Part shown: positions 8,122-18,053 of the stretch, in pieces | Position numbering within the stretch: the first letter of the stretch is position 1 | How the letters are laid out: every line of letters starts with the position of its first letter | Assembly: GCF_026965535.1 (NCBI RefSeq) | Contig: NZ_CP114039.1 | Span: forward strand, 7,843,461-7,907,460 | Length of the DNA: 64,000 bases | Origin: Corallococcus sp. NCRR | GTDB taxonomy: Bacteria > Myxococcota > Myxococcia > Myxococcales > Myxococcaceae | Direction of reading: 5' to 3' | Notes under the pieces: generated by a model | Told to the model about the DNA's origin: nothing | Database searches by the model: none | The model's input: the letters and a program-made list of their open reading frames with translations, nothing else | Made by a program: the position numbers and the translations under genes

Positions 8122-9909
8122 CTACTGCACGACGCGGACGTTGAGGGCCGTGGACGGCCCGCCCACGGCCGGCGGCACCCAGGGCACCACCTTCTTGTTC
8201 TGCCACTGGAACAGCTTCAGCGACGGGTCCTCCAGCGGCACGTCGAAGGTGTAGGAGATGCGCGTGGGGCCCTGCGCGTCCGCCTCTTCGATCTTCACGA
8301 CCATGCCCTTCATGTCGAACGTGTCGCCCTGGTGCACCGGGTGGCGCGCGGCGCGGTGGATGCGCTCCTCCACGGAGTCCAGGAAGTGGCCGCCCTGGGT
8401 GAGCGACAGCTCCAGCGAGTTGGGGCCGGTGCGCGTCACCTTCTGCTCGTAGAGCGAATAGGACAGCACCCACCAGGCCTTGGGCAGCGGCTGGCCCGAG
8501 GACCACCAGCGCACGGAGCCGTAGATGCCGATGATGCCGTTGGGGGCGTTGAGCACCACCACGCGCTGGTTGGGGAGCTGCTGCTCGTCGAACGCCTCCT
8601 CGTAGCGCGCCTGCACGCGCCCCATGAGCGCGTCCGCCGCCGCGTACTGATCCATGGTCTGCCACCAGATGTACGGCGAGCCCACGACGTGGATGAGCGC
8701 CATCACCGCCGCGCCGGCCAGCACCGCGCCCGCGCGGAACGTCTTCGCCCGCCCCGTCCACGCGTGGCGCAGCACCACGGCCAGCCCCACCGCCATGCCC
8801 AGGCTGGGCACGATGAGCGTGCGCGAGCCGGCGAAGGCGGAGTTGGACAGCCACGTGGACACGAACGCGCCCGTCAGCATCCAGCCCACCGTGCGCCGCT
8901 CCGCGGCCTCCAGCCGGGGCCACACGCCCCACACGAGCAGCGCGAACAGCGTCAGGCCCACCGCGCCCATGACGGTGAAGAGCGGCACCAGGGACTGGTC
9001 GAAGATGAAGTCCGGGGGCGCGTTCAGCGTCAGGCCCGCGATGGCGGCCGGGACGCGGCCGAGCATCGCCTGGAACCACGCCACCGGCGTGCCCAGGGCA
9101 TCCAGGTACATGTCCGAGCCGCCCGCGCCATAGCCCATGGCCCGGTACGCCGCGAAGTAGAGGGCCATCAGCACGCCGAAGGGGATGAGCCCCTTGAGCT
9201 TGTCCTTCGCCTGCCCCGGGCCGGAGAAGGCCTCGTAGGCCAGCACGTACGGGCTGAGGATGACCATGGTCTCACCGCACAGCAGCGCCAGCGCGAAGGA
9301 CACCAGCGCGCCCACCAGCGCGTTCTTCTTCCCCTGCTCCCGCCACTGGATGTGGAGGTAGAGCCCGAGGACGCCGAACAGCAGCGACATCACCACGCTG
9401 CGGTACGACAGCCAGCCCAGCACCGCCGCGTGCGAGCCCCAGATGGCGAAGAGGAACATCGCCACGCCCGCCAGCGCCGTGGGCAGCACGCGCTTGAACA
9501 GCACGCCCGCCAGCACCACCAGGCCCAGGTACCAGAGCACCGAGTGGATCTGATACGCGACCGCGACGCGGTTGTAGAGCAGGTGATCCAGTCCGTAGAG
9601 CAGGCTGCCCAGGGGCCGGAAGAACGAGACGCGCACCGTGGGCTCCACCCACCACGGGAAGACGCCCACCTCCGCCAGCCGCAGCGTGTGCTCCGGGATG
9701 CCCGTGGCCGTGCGGTACACGTCCAGGTGCGTGTTGCCCAGCGGCGCGGGCGGCGGAATGTTGTCCCAGACGCCCAGCCAGATGAAGTCATCCGGCATGA
9801 ATCCCGAGCGCAACGCCAGCGCGCCCAGTGCCACCGCGAACACGATGGAAATCCAGAAGTAACGCTTAAACGGCCAACCCGGGGCGGCTGGCGAAGGTGA
9901 AGTATCCAT
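8122..9909 (-). CDS. Polytopic integral membrane protein (GT-C-like glycosyltransferase candidate; function uncertain)
   Basis: 595 aa with at least 10 hydrophobic helices across the N-terminal two-thirds and a C-terminal soluble domain (about 150 aa). No diagnostic motif recognised. Confidence 0.55.
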   Translation of the reverse strand: MDTSPSPAAPGWPFKRYFWISIVFAVALGALALRSGFMPDDFIWLGVWDNIPPPAPLGNTHLDVYRTATGIPEHTLRLAEVGVFPWWVEPTVRVSFFRPLGSLLYGLDHLLYNRVAVAYQIHSVLWYLGLVVLAGVLFKRVLPTALAGVAMFLFAIWGSHAAVLGWLSYRSVVMSLLFGVLGLYLHIQWREQGKKNALVGALVSFALALLCGETMVILSPYVLAYEAFSGPGQAKDKLKGLIPFGVLMALYFAAYRAMGYGAGGSDMYLDALGTPVAWFQAMLGRVPAAIAGLTLNAPPDFIFDQSLVPLFTVMGAVGLTLFALLVWGVWPRLEAAERRTVGWMLTGAFVSTWLSNSAFAGSRTLIVPSLGMAVGLAVVLRHAWTGRAKTFRAGAVLAGAAVMALIHVVGSPYIWWQTMDQYAAADALMGRVQARYEEAFDEQQLPNQRVVVLNAPNGIIGIYGSVRWWSSGQPLPKAWWVLSYSLYEQKVTRTGPNSLELSLTQGGHFLDSVEERIHRAARHPVHQGDTFDMKGMVVKIEEADAQGPTRISYTFDVPLEDPSLKLFQWQNKKVVPWVPPAVGGPSTALNVRVVQ

Positions 9910-10130
9910 GTTTCAAAGATCTATCAGCACGCCCCCCACACGAGATAGGTCCTCCTGGGTCGTCCGCTGCCACCGGAAACACGCGGAGAGTGCGGCGCGT
10001 GTGATGGAGATCCTTTGCCAGCGCCCGGACTCCGGGTGATCCTCCACCGACGAAGGGGGACGCGGTCCGGCAGGTGAAAACACGAACGCGTGCGCCCGTT
10101 GCATCCGCGCGCGCCGCCAGGCCCGCTCGC

Positions 10131-11546
10131 ATGCGCATCGCCATCATCGCCACGTACACCCATCCGACCCGGCTGCGAATCAAGGAACCCTCCATCATGC
10201 AGTCCTCGGTGCCGGAGCTCATCGCGGGCCTGTGCCCGGAGCACGCCGAGGTGGAGATCTTCAACGAGAAGGAGGCGGACCTGCCGTTGGACCGGCACTG
10301 GGACCTCGTCTTCTTCTCGTACCTGCACTCGTACTACGAGCACACCAAGGTCCTCTCCACCCTCTTCCGTCAGCGCGGCATGACGACGGTGGCCGGGGGC
10401 CGGCACGCGAGCCACTTCCCTGACGACGCGGCGAAGTACTTCGACGCGGTCATCACCGGGGAGCCGGAGTCCAACGTGCCCGCGCTCATCGCGGACTTCG
10501 AGAAGGGCTGCCTCAAGCCCCGCTACAGCCTGCCGTCGCAGGGCGCCGCGGCCATCCGGCCGTACCGCTACGAGCTCATCGACTTCACGCACAACAAGGT
10601 GCGCCTGCCGGGCATCGAGGCGTCGCGTGGCTGCCCCTTCACGTGCAACTTCTGCGTGCTCACCGGCCACGAGCGCTACCGCTTCCGGCCCATCCCGGAG
10701 GTCATCGACGAAATCCAGACGCGCATGCGCTGGAACCCGAACTTCCTGGGGCTGATGGGGGACGCCTTCGTCTTCCTGGACAACAACCTGGGCGGCTCGC
10801 CCAAGTACCTGCGCGCGCTGTGCGAAGCGCTCATCCCCTTGAAGAAGACGTGGGGCTGCGCGCTCACCTTCAACGTGCTCAAGGACGAGTCGCTGGTGAA
10901 GCTGATGGCGAAGGCGGGCTGCCGCTACGTCTACACCGGCCTGGAGTCGCTCAACCCGGACTCGCTCAAGGCGATGAACAAGGGCCAGAACAAGCTGTCG
11001 GAGGTGGACGCCGTCATCCGCCGCGTCTTCTCCGCCGGCATCCTGCTGTCCTTCGGGCTCATCGTCGGCTCGGACGGCGACACGAATGAGTACCTGCACC
11101 GGCTGCCGGACTACCTGGCGGACCTGAAGTACTTCTCCGTCACGTTCCTGGGCATCGTGTGCCCGTATCCGGAGACGCCCTTCTTCCGCGAGCTGAAGGC
11201 GGAAGACCGGCTCCTGCCCGGCACCACCAGCCGCGACTACGACGGCTACACGCTGTGCCACCGGCCCAAGCAGATGCACGCATCGGAAGTGGTGGAGCAC
11301 TTCCAGCGGCTGTGCCGCACGCTGGGCAGCCTGCCCAACATCGCGCGGCACTACGCGTCCAAGCTGATGATGAGTGACCTGCCCCGCTACAGGCAGACCA
11401 TCCTCTTCTCCGGGCCCGAAATCGTCAGCATCCGCAACCCGGTGAAGAACCCGGAGCGCCGCTACATCGCGGGGCTGGATGCCATTGAAGCGTGGGACGC
11501 GGAGCGGATGCCCGGCCTGGGCCTCACGCCGCAGGTCCTGACCTGA
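10131..11546 (+). CDS. B12-binding domain / radical SAM protein
   Basis: The CxxxCxxC motif 'GCPFTCNFC' follows 'GIEASRG', with a B12-binding-like N-terminal region. A likely ATG at 10131 (MRIAIIATY) lies within the longer track ORF that begins at 10074. Confidence 0.8.
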   Translation: MRIAIIATYTHPTRLRIKEPSIMQSSVPELIAGLCPEHAEVEIFNEKEADLPLDRHWDLVFFSYLHSYYEHTKVLSTLFRQRGMTTVAGGRHASHFPDDAAKYFDAVITGEPESNVPALIADFEKGCLKPRYSLPSQGAAAIRPYRYELIDFTHNKVRLPGIEASRGCPFTCNFCVLTGHERYRFRPIPEVIDEIQTRMRWNPNFLGLMGDAFVFLDNNLGGSPKYLRALCEALIPLKKTWGCALTFNVLKDESLVKLMAKAGCRYVYTGLESLNPDSLKAMNKGQNKLSEVDAVIRRVFSAGILLSFGLIVGSDGDTNEYLHRLPDYLADLKYFSVTFLGIVCPYPETPFFRELKAEDRLLPGTTSRDYDGYTLCHRPKQMHASEVVEHFQRLCRTLGSLPNIARHYASKLMMSDLPRYRQTILFSGPEIVSIRNPVKNPERRYIAGLDAIEAWDAERMPGLGLTPQVLT

Positions 11547-12414
11547 GGCGGGACGGCAGGCGCACGTCCCACGCCAGCCCCAAGACCTGGAGCGCCCGGA
11601 TGAAGAGCCAGCCCGGGTCCCACTGCCACCACACCCAGCCGTGCCGCGCGGACGCGGGGAAGGCGTGGTGGTTGTTGTGCCAGCCCTCGCCCAGCGCGAG
11701 CACGCTCACCCACCACACGTTGCGGCTGTGGTCGCGCGTGTCGTGCACGCGCTCGCCGAACGCGGCGTGGCACACGGAGTTCACCGCGTAGGTGCTCTGC
11801 ATCCAGCACACCACGGGCAGGAAGAAGTACGCGGGCACCGCGCGCCAGCCGAACGTCAGCCCCACGACGAGCACCGCCAACACCTGCGGCGCGATGCGGT
11901 AGCGCAGGAGCCAGTGGTAGTAGCCGTCATCCGCCATGTCGCGGCACCAGGTGCGCCAGCCGTCCTCTTCCGTGGAGGCCTCGTTGAGGATCCACCCCAT
12001 GTGCGCGTACCAGAAGCCGCGCAGCGGCGAGTGCACGTCCCCGTCCGCGTCCGCCTTCGCGTGGTGCAGCCGGTGGTTGGCGGCCCACAGCAGCGGGCTG
12101 CCCTGCGCGGTGAGCATGGCCACCGTCACCAGCGCGTACTCCACCCAGCGGGGACACGCGAAGGCGCGGTGGCACAAGAGCCGGTGCAGCCCCACCGTGG
12201 TGCCCAGGCCAATGGAGACGTACACGGCCAGCGCCACCGGCAGCGCGTACGGAGGCCAGGGCAGGAAGAACGCCAGCGCGGCCAGGCCGTGGACCACGAG
12301 CATGTAGATGACGATGACGGGACTGAGCTGGAAGCGGAGCGGCGCGGTGTTCATGTACCCGGTGCGGAGTCGAGGAAGGAGCACGCAGTCTAGGGGCCCC
12401 GCCTGACGGGACAA
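11524..12414 (-). CDS. Acyl-CoA (delta-9-type) fatty acid desaturase
   Basis: Stearoyl-CoA-desaturase His boxes 'HRLLCHRAF', 'NHRLHHAKADADGD' and 'HNNHHAFP'. 296 aa with 4 TM segments. The 3' end overlaps the convergent radical SAM gene by 23 nt. Confidence 0.8.
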   Translation of the reverse strand: MSRQAGPLDCVLLPRLRTGYMNTAPLRFQLSPVIVIYMLVVHGLAALAFFLPWPPYALPVALAVYVSIGLGTTVGLHRLLCHRAFACPRWVEYALVTVAMLTAQGSPLLWAANHRLHHAKADADGDVHSPLRGFWYAHMGWILNEASTEEDGWRTWCRDMADDGYYHWLLRYRIAPQVLAVLVVGLTFGWRAVPAYFFLPVVCWMQSTYAVNSVCHAAFGERVHDTRDHSRNVWWVSVLALGEGWHNNHHAFPASARHGWVWWQWDPGWLFIRALQVLGLAWDVRLPSRLRSGPAA

Positions 12415-12424
12415 GGAATGCGCG

Positions 12425-15400
12425 TCACATCACGCGGGCGTCATGGGCCCGGGCGGCCTGGGGCGGGACGAGCACCTCCGGCGGCGGAGCCTGGAGCGTG
12501 GCCTGGAAGCGGTCCAAGCGGCGCAGCTCCGCGCGGGCCTCCACCTCCGTGAAGATGGCGCGCGCCCTGGCGAGGAAGTCCTCGCGCCGATCCGGCAGGG
12601 CCACCGCCGCGTCGAAGTAGGCCACGCCCGTCTCCCAGCGGTTGGGGCTCTTCTCCAGGACGGAGATGGCCTCCAGGAACACCGGCTCTGCGGCCTTCGG
12701 TCCCTTGCGCAGGGCCAGCGAGCGCGCCGTCACGCGCAGCGCCGGGCCCTTCAGGTACGGATAGAGCCGGGCGATGACGCGCGCCTTGATGCAGGACAGG
12801 CGGACAATCTTGAGCAGCTTCTTGCGCGGCACCACCGTGGCGCCCTCCTCCAGCGCGAAGAGGGCCGCCTCCGCCGCGTCCACCAGCCCCACCTGGAGGA
12901 AGGGCACCAGCACCTGGTAGCTCCAGATGCTCTTGAAGCAGCGCACGGCGACGAGCGCGGCTTCTTCCACCTGGTGCTCGCGCACCGTGACGTTGGCCAG
13001 GTGGTTCAGGCTGGCGCACTGGTTGGCCAGGTCCGCCACCTCTTCACTGATGCGCAGGCCCTGCTCCAATTCCGCGCACAGCTCGCCCACGTCGCCTTCG
13101 CCCATGAGGTAGCGGCACATGGGCGCCCACGAGTGCGCCCAGCCCTGGTGCATCAGCGCGTTGAGCTCCACGCCAATGGTCCCCATCTGCTCGTAGAGCG
13201 CCACCGCGGGGCGGAAGCGCGAGTGGAGGAACTCGCCCGTGGCCTGCATCATCAGGGACGTCTGGCGCTCCCAGCGCTCGCCCACCTGGCGCAGCGTGGA
13301 GACGGCCTCCTCCTGGAAGGCTCTCGCGCGCTCCAGCTCGTTGGCGAAGAAGGCCTGGATGCCCAGGCGGCTGAGCGCGAGCCCCTCCGCCACCGGGTCC
13401 TTGGAGCGGCGCGCGTACTCCAGCGCCTTCTCGCAGTGGTAGCGCGCGCGGCCGAGCAGCCCCGCGCCGAACAGGAGCGTGCCGTAGTAGCCGCGCGCCA
13501 GGCTCATGGCGTAGTCGCTGCGCGAGCGCTCCGCCATGTTGGTGGACACCAGCGTCGCCCAGGTGAGCTTGGTGATGTCCGCGAAGTAGTAGATGCGGAT
13601 GAGCGAGTTGAGCGTGGACAACTGCTGCAGGTAGTTGCCCAGCTTCGCCGCCGGCAACGGGCGCAGGATGAAGGGCAACAGCGACGCGAGCCCCCGGAGC
13701 AGCAGGTTCGCCAGCGTGCGCAGGCCCAGCGTGGCCAGGTTCCCCGGGAGGCTGCGGCCCCGGAGCACCAGCGACTTCTCCAGGTGCTGCGTGGCGAGCG
13801 CGGACTCGCCCTTCTCCTGGTGCGCGCGGCCCAGGCCCAGGTGCAGCTGCGCCTGGCGGGGGGGCTCCTCCTCGTCCACCAGGCACTGCTCGAACATCAG
13901 GATGGCGTTGGTGTAGTGGCCCGCCTGGAGCAGCGTCTCCGCCAGCTCCTGCATCACCCGGCGCGTCTGGAGCAGCGTCACCTCCGGGTCCACCGGCACG
14001 ACGGTGCCCAACAGCTCCAGGCCCCGGTTGTAGTGGTAGAGCGCGTCGTCGTTGGCGTACTGCGCCCGCGCGCTGCGGGCCGCCATCAGCGTGTACTCCA
14101 GGCCCTTGTCCTCCACGTTGCCCGCGAGGAAGTGGAACGCGAGCAGACCCGCGGAGGCCGCGAGGTTGTCGTTGGCGCGGGCCTCCAGGTAGCGCGCGAG
14201 CCGGCGGTGCAGGTCCTCACGCGCCGACACCAGCAGCGTGTTGTAGGCCACGTCGCGGATGACGATGTGCTTGAAGAGACAGGTGTACGGCTCCTCCGTC
14301 TCCAGCAGGATGAGGCCCAGGCGCTGGAGCGTGTCCATGGCCTCGCGCAGCACGGTGTGGCCCAGCGTGGGCACCAGCGCCGCCACCGCGTCCAGCGTGA
14401 AGATGCGCCCGATGACGGACGCCACCTTCACCACCAGCTTCTCCGTCTCGCTGAGCAGGTCGATGCGCGACAGCACCACGTCCTGGATGGAGTCCGGCAG
14501 CAGCAGGTCCTGCAGGCCGCGCTTCAACTCCATGCGCTGCGAGCCGGGCTCCACCGGCCCCAGGTAGCCCTGCTCCGCCAGCCCCTCCACGATGGACTCG
14601 ATGAAGAACGGGTTGCCCTGCACCTTCGCGAGCAGCCGGTCCTCCAGCGCGACGTCCGGCGGCGTCAGGCGCAGGTGCACGCGCAAGAGCGCCCGCGTGT
14701 CCTCGTCGTCCAGGCTCGACAGGTCCACCGGGAGGAACTCCGGCAGGTCGCGCAGCCCGCGGAGCTGGTCGCCCGGGCGCATGGTCGCCAGCACCATGAT
14801 GCGGTGCGAGCCCACGCGCACCGCGAGGTACTGGAGCAGATCCAACGAGATGTAGTCCGCCCAGTGCAGATCCTCGAAGAAGAGCAGGAGCGGCTGCGCG
14901 CGGCTGAGCTTCTCCAGGAGCAGGAAGACGATCTGGAACACCTTCTGCTGCTTGCGCCGCGCGTCCATCCCCGAGGTGGCGGACGTCTCCTCCAGCGCGA
15001 TGCCGAGGATGCCCGCGACCACGGGGATCCACTCCGGCCCCACGTCCTCCAGGCCATCCAGCCCCTGCCGCAGGCGCCCAAGCTGCGCCTCGGTGTCGTC
15101 CGAGTCGTGCAGCCCGAACGCCTGGAGCAGCACCTCCTTCCAGGGGAAGAAGGGGGTGAAGGCCTCGTAGGAGTAGCAGACGCCGTACAGCGACCGGGCG
15201 CCGCCCTCCTCCGCGTCCTCCAGCACGCGCGCGCCCAGGCGCGACTTGCCGATGCCCGCCTCGCCGGACACCACGCTCACGCGGCCCTGGCCGGCGAAGG
15301 AGGCGTTGAGCGCCTCGTGCAGCACGTTGAGCTCGCGGCTGCGGCCGATGATGTCGCCCCGGCCCTTGATGAAGAGGCCGCGGCGCGTCTCGCCCAGCAG

Positions 15401-16726
15401 CCGGTACACCGGCACCGAGCGCGAGACGCCCTTGAGCTTCGCGTCCTCCACGAACTCGGTGGCGAAGCCGCCCTGCTGGGAGCGCGCCTGGGTGTTGGCG
15501 CACAGGTGCACGCCGTCCTGGCGCCCGCCGTGCGTCATCAGGCGCGCGGCCATGTTCACGACCTCGCCCAGCGCGGAGTAGCCCTTGCGCGTGGGCGAGC
15601 CCATGTCGCCGCAGTAGGCGTGGCCGGTGGCGATGCCGATCTGCAGCTCATCCAGGAAGGGGAACTGCTCGCGGGCCTTGAGCAGCTTGCAGGCCAGCCG
15701 GCACGCCAGCACCTCCTTGTTCTGCTGGGCGGTGGGCGCGCCGAACAGGACGTAGAGCACGTTGCCCTTGTCCGTGAAGTCCGTCATCAGCAGCACGCCG
15801 CCGTGGTGGGCGGACTCGCGCTGGACGTATTCGTAGTAGGCGTTGAGGTCGTGGGTGAACGCGTCCGGATCCGTGTCCGATTGCGCGTGGGTGAAGCGCA
15901 CGAAGAAGCAGGTGACGTCGCGGAAGTCGCCCGCGAACTCCTGGTGCGCGGTGGTGATCTTCGTGAAGAGCACCGGGTGCAGCAGCAGCGCGCACCGGCC
16001 CACCAGCTCCGCCCCGCCCGTGGGCGCGGGCAGCGGGCGCTTCACCGACTCCACCGGCGCATCCAGCGCCAGCCGGTGGTTGCCGCCCTCGCGCGGCTCG
16101 CCCTTGCGCGCGGACTCCGGCAGCGCCGCCCAGGCGCGCGAGCTCAGGACGACCTCCGACACCGTGGCCTGCTTCTCCGCGCCCACCGCCTGCGCCAGCG
16201 GCTCGCCCACGAGCGCCGGGTGCATCCACAGGCCGGTGGCGCCCATCACGATGCGGGTGGCCTCACCGAAGCCGATGCCGATGCGCGACGACACGCCGAA
16301 GCGCTGGCCCAACAGCTCCAGCCGGGCGAAGCGCGCGAGCCTGCGCTGCACGTGCAGCGCGCACACCGCCGCCCGCTGCACGACGTCCGCGTCCGCCTCC
16401 CCGGGCGCGGCCTCGAAGCACGCGAGGATGGAGTCACCGGCGAACTGGTAGATGTCCCCGCCGTGGTCGCGGACCACGTCGATCATCTCCGTGTAGTAGT
16501 TCGTCAAGAGGCGCTGGAGCGCGTCGATGCCGCGCGGGCCCGCGCCGCTCAGCCCCACCACGATGGGCGTGAAGCCCGCGATGTCGAGCAGCAGGATGGC
16601 GCCGCGCACCCCTTCCGTCCGGGGCAGCGCGTCCGCATCCTGGCTCCCCAGCCGCGCGAGGATGGCCGCCGGCATGTACGGGGCCAGCATCGCGACAGCG
16701 GGATCGATGGGCTGCGTGGAGGGCAT
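12425..16726 (-). CDS. Adenylate/guanylate cyclase domain protein (two class III cyclase homology domains) fused to an AAA/STAND ATPase and TPR repeats
   Basis: Cyclase domain 1 'LLLDIAGFT...FAGDSILACF', cyclase domain 2 'CFFVRFT...GIATGHAYCGDMG', Walker A 'GEAGIGKSRL', and a long TPR-like helical C-terminus. 1433 aa. Confidence 0.85.
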   Translation of the reverse strand: MPSTQPIDPAVAMLAPYMPAAILARLGSQDADALPRTEGVRGAILLLDIAGFTPIVVGLSGAGPRGIDALQRLLTNYYTEMIDVVRDHGGDIYQFAGDSILACFEAAPGEADADVVQRAAVCALHVQRRLARFARLELLGQRFGVSSRIGIGFGEATRIVMGATGLWMHPALVGEPLAQAVGAEKQATVSEVVLSSRAWAALPESARKGEPREGGNHRLALDAPVESVKRPLPAPTGGAELVGRCALLLHPVLFTKITTAHQEFAGDFRDVTCFFVRFTHAQSDTDPDAFTHDLNAYYEYVQRESAHHGGVLLMTDFTDKGNVLYVLFGAPTAQQNKEVLACRLACKLLKAREQFPFLDELQIGIATGHAYCGDMGSPTRKGYSALGEVVNMAARLMTHGGRQDGVHLCANTQARSQQGGFATEFVEDAKLKGVSRSVPVYRLLGETRRGLFIKGRGDIIGRSRELNVLHEALNASFAGQGRVSVVSGEAGIGKSRLGARVLEDAEEGGARSLYGVCYSYEAFTPFFPWKEVLLQAFGLHDSDDTEAQLGRLRQGLDGLEDVGPEWIPVVAGILGIALEETSATSGMDARRKQQKVFQIVFLLLEKLSRAQPLLLFFEDLHWADYISLDLLQYLAVRVGSHRIMVLATMRPGDQLRGLRDLPEFLPVDLSSLDDEDTRALLRVHLRLTPPDVALEDRLLAKVQGNPFFIESIVEGLAEQGYLGPVEPGSQRMELKRGLQDLLLPDSIQDVVLSRIDLLSETEKLVVKVASVIGRIFTLDAVAALVPTLGHTVLREAMDTLQRLGLILLETEEPYTCLFKHIVIRDVAYNTLLVSAREDLHRRLARYLEARANDNLAASAGLLAFHFLAGNVEDKGLEYTLMAARSARAQYANDDALYHYNRGLELLGTVVPVDPEVTLLQTRRVMQELAETLLQAGHYTNAILMFEQCLVDEEEPPRQAQLHLGLGRAHQEKGESALATQHLEKSLVLRGRSLPGNLATLGLRTLANLLLRGLASLLPFILRPLPAAKLGNYLQQLSTLNSLIRIYYFADITKLTWATLVSTNMAERSRSDYAMSLARGYYGTLLFGAGLLGRARYHCEKALEYARRSKDPVAEGLALSRLGIQAFFANELERARAFQEEAVSTLRQVGERWERQTSLMMQATGEFLHSRFRPAVALYEQMGTIGVELNALMHQGWAHSWAPMCRYLMGEGDVGELCAELEQGLRISEEVADLANQCASLNHLANVTVREHQVEEAALVAVRCFKSIWSYQVLVPFLQVGLVDAAEAALFALEEGATVVPRKKLLKIVRLSCIKARVIARLYPYLKGPALRVTARSLALRKGPKAAEPVFLEAISVLEKSPNRWETGVAYFDAAVALPDRREDFLARARAIFTEVEARAELRRLDRFQATLQAPPPEVLVPPQAARAHDARVM

Positions 16727-16744
16727 CCGGGAAGGGCTTTCCGC

Positions 16745-17146
16745 TCAGGACAGGTTGGCGTAGCGCAGGTACAGGGCGCCCAGGCACATGGCGCCGTAGA
16801 GGGGAATCTCCGCTGTCTCCGGCCAGGGCTGCTGCTTCTTCACCGCGCCCCAGATGTGCACCGCCGTCATCAGGCCGCCAATGAGGCCGATGAGCTCGAA
16901 GATGACCAGGTGGCTCCTGGGGTCCGGGATGAACTGCACCACCGCGATGATGACGGACAGCGCCAGTCCGCCCAGGCAGCGCGCGAAGTAGACCGTCAAG
17001 TCGTTGTTGCCCGTGGGCAGCTCCCACCCGAACCAACGCGCCCAGCGCAGCGGAATGAAGAGCAACGGCAGTGCGTAGACGACCAGAAAGACCGAGGTGG
17101 AGACCGCGAGGAACCAGCTGGCCAGCGGATAGTCGGGGTTGATCAT
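16745..17146 (-). CDS. Small hypothetical membrane protein (134 aa, 4 predicted TM)
   Basis: This is the C-terminal part of the 376-aa track ORF and starts at ATG 17144-17146 (MINPDYPLASWFLAV...). It is strongly hydrophobic and sits immediately upstream of the cyclase gene (18-nt gap). Confidence 0.5.
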   Translation of the reverse strand: MINPDYPLASWFLAVSTSVFLVVYALPLLFIPLRWARWFGWELPTGNNDLTVYFARCLGGLALSVIIAVVQFIPDPRSHLVIFELIGLIGGLMTAVHIWGAVKKQQPWPETAEIPLYGAMCLGALYLRYANLS

Positions 17147-17280
17147 GGTGGCGGACGTGATGGGTGACGGGCATGCACCCGCGGCGCACACCCTTCCCCA
17201 CGACGTCCATCCTAGAATCTTTTGCCACCCCGTGGGGCGGCTTCCCCCCCGCCAAGGCCCTGCTTGAGCCCGCCTGCCGC

Positions 17281-17811
17281 CTACCGGGTGGCGGCCAGGA
17301 GGAACTCGGCCACCCGCTCCAGTGAGGTGGTGCGTTCCGCCTCCGCCGGGAAGCGCCGGAACACCTCCGGAGGCCCGTGCAGGATGAGCGGCTTGCCATA
17401 GCGCAGGGCCAGGAGGGCCTCCGCCGCGGTGCCGGCGCCCCCGGGCAGCGCCACCAGCGCGTGCGGCGTCAGCACGTTGATGTGGTTGCGGCTCATGGGG
17501 TCCGTGCCCTGCTCCCCGCTGAGCGGCAGGTGCGTGTAGATGGGGATTTCGATGTCCGTGTTCGGGTAGCCGGGCCGGGGCTGGTAGCGGCCATCCGCGC
17601 CCACGGTGCCGGGGATGATGCCGATGGCCGCCCCCCGCCGCCCCTCCACCTGGACGAAGGCGCCCGCCGCCGCGCTCATGACGCCGCCGCCCGCGCCGGT
17701 GAGCAGGTCGAAGCCGGCCTCGGCGATCCACCGCGCCAGGGGGACGACCCACTCTTCGTGGGAGTTCGCCCCGGAGCCGAACACTCCGATGATGCGGCGG
17801 TGTCTGCGCAT
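17281..17811 (-). CDS. LOG family / TIGR00725-like Rossmann-fold nucleotide-binding protein
   Basis: The LOG motif 'PGGAGTAAE' (PGGxGTxxE) and a glycine-rich 'GAGGGVMSAAAGA' (approximate GGGxxGxM), with 'IGVFGSG' at the N-terminus. 176 aa. Confidence 0.75.
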   Translation of the reverse strand: MRRHRRIIGVFGSGANSHEEWVVPLARWIAEAGFDLLTGAGGGVMSAAAGAFVQVEGRRGAAIGIIPGTVGADGRYQPRPGYPNTDIEIPIYTHLPLSGEQGTDPMSRNHINVLTPHALVALPGGAGTAAEALLALRYGKPLILHGPPEVFRRFPAEAERTTSLERVAEFLLAATR

Positions 17812-18053
17812 GACTGCGTCCTCCCCGAAAAACTGGAACTACGTGAGCCCCTGTTCCATGCGAATCCCCGGCCAACGCCGCAAGGGATCACGGACCGGCG
17901 TGCGTCCTGAATCCCGTCCACCCGTGGAAGGTGCGTGGCGCGAGCGTCGGCCAGCCGTCGCTTCCCTCCTCCCGGAGCGCCAGACGCTCCCGTACCCCCC
18001 GTGATGTCGGACCCCTCCTCTACCTTCCTCGCAGGTGAGCAAGGAGGCTGCCC

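Noticed and set aside
8110-9900. 596-aa plus-strand ORF
   Set aside because: Antisense to the polytopic membrane protein. The plus-strand frame is Arg/His-rich and non-hydrophobic, whereas the minus-strand product has coherent TM helices.
10074-10130. Upstream extension of the radical SAM ORF
   Set aside because: The Arg/Ala-rich 19 codons before ATG 10131 are unlike the protein's N-terminal B12-binding region. The start was assigned to 10131.
12443-17167. 1574-aa ORF on the plus strand
   Set aside because: Antisense to the cyclase/STAND gene. It is extremely Arg/Ala/Gly/His-rich with no motifs, the typical GC-rich shadow ORF.
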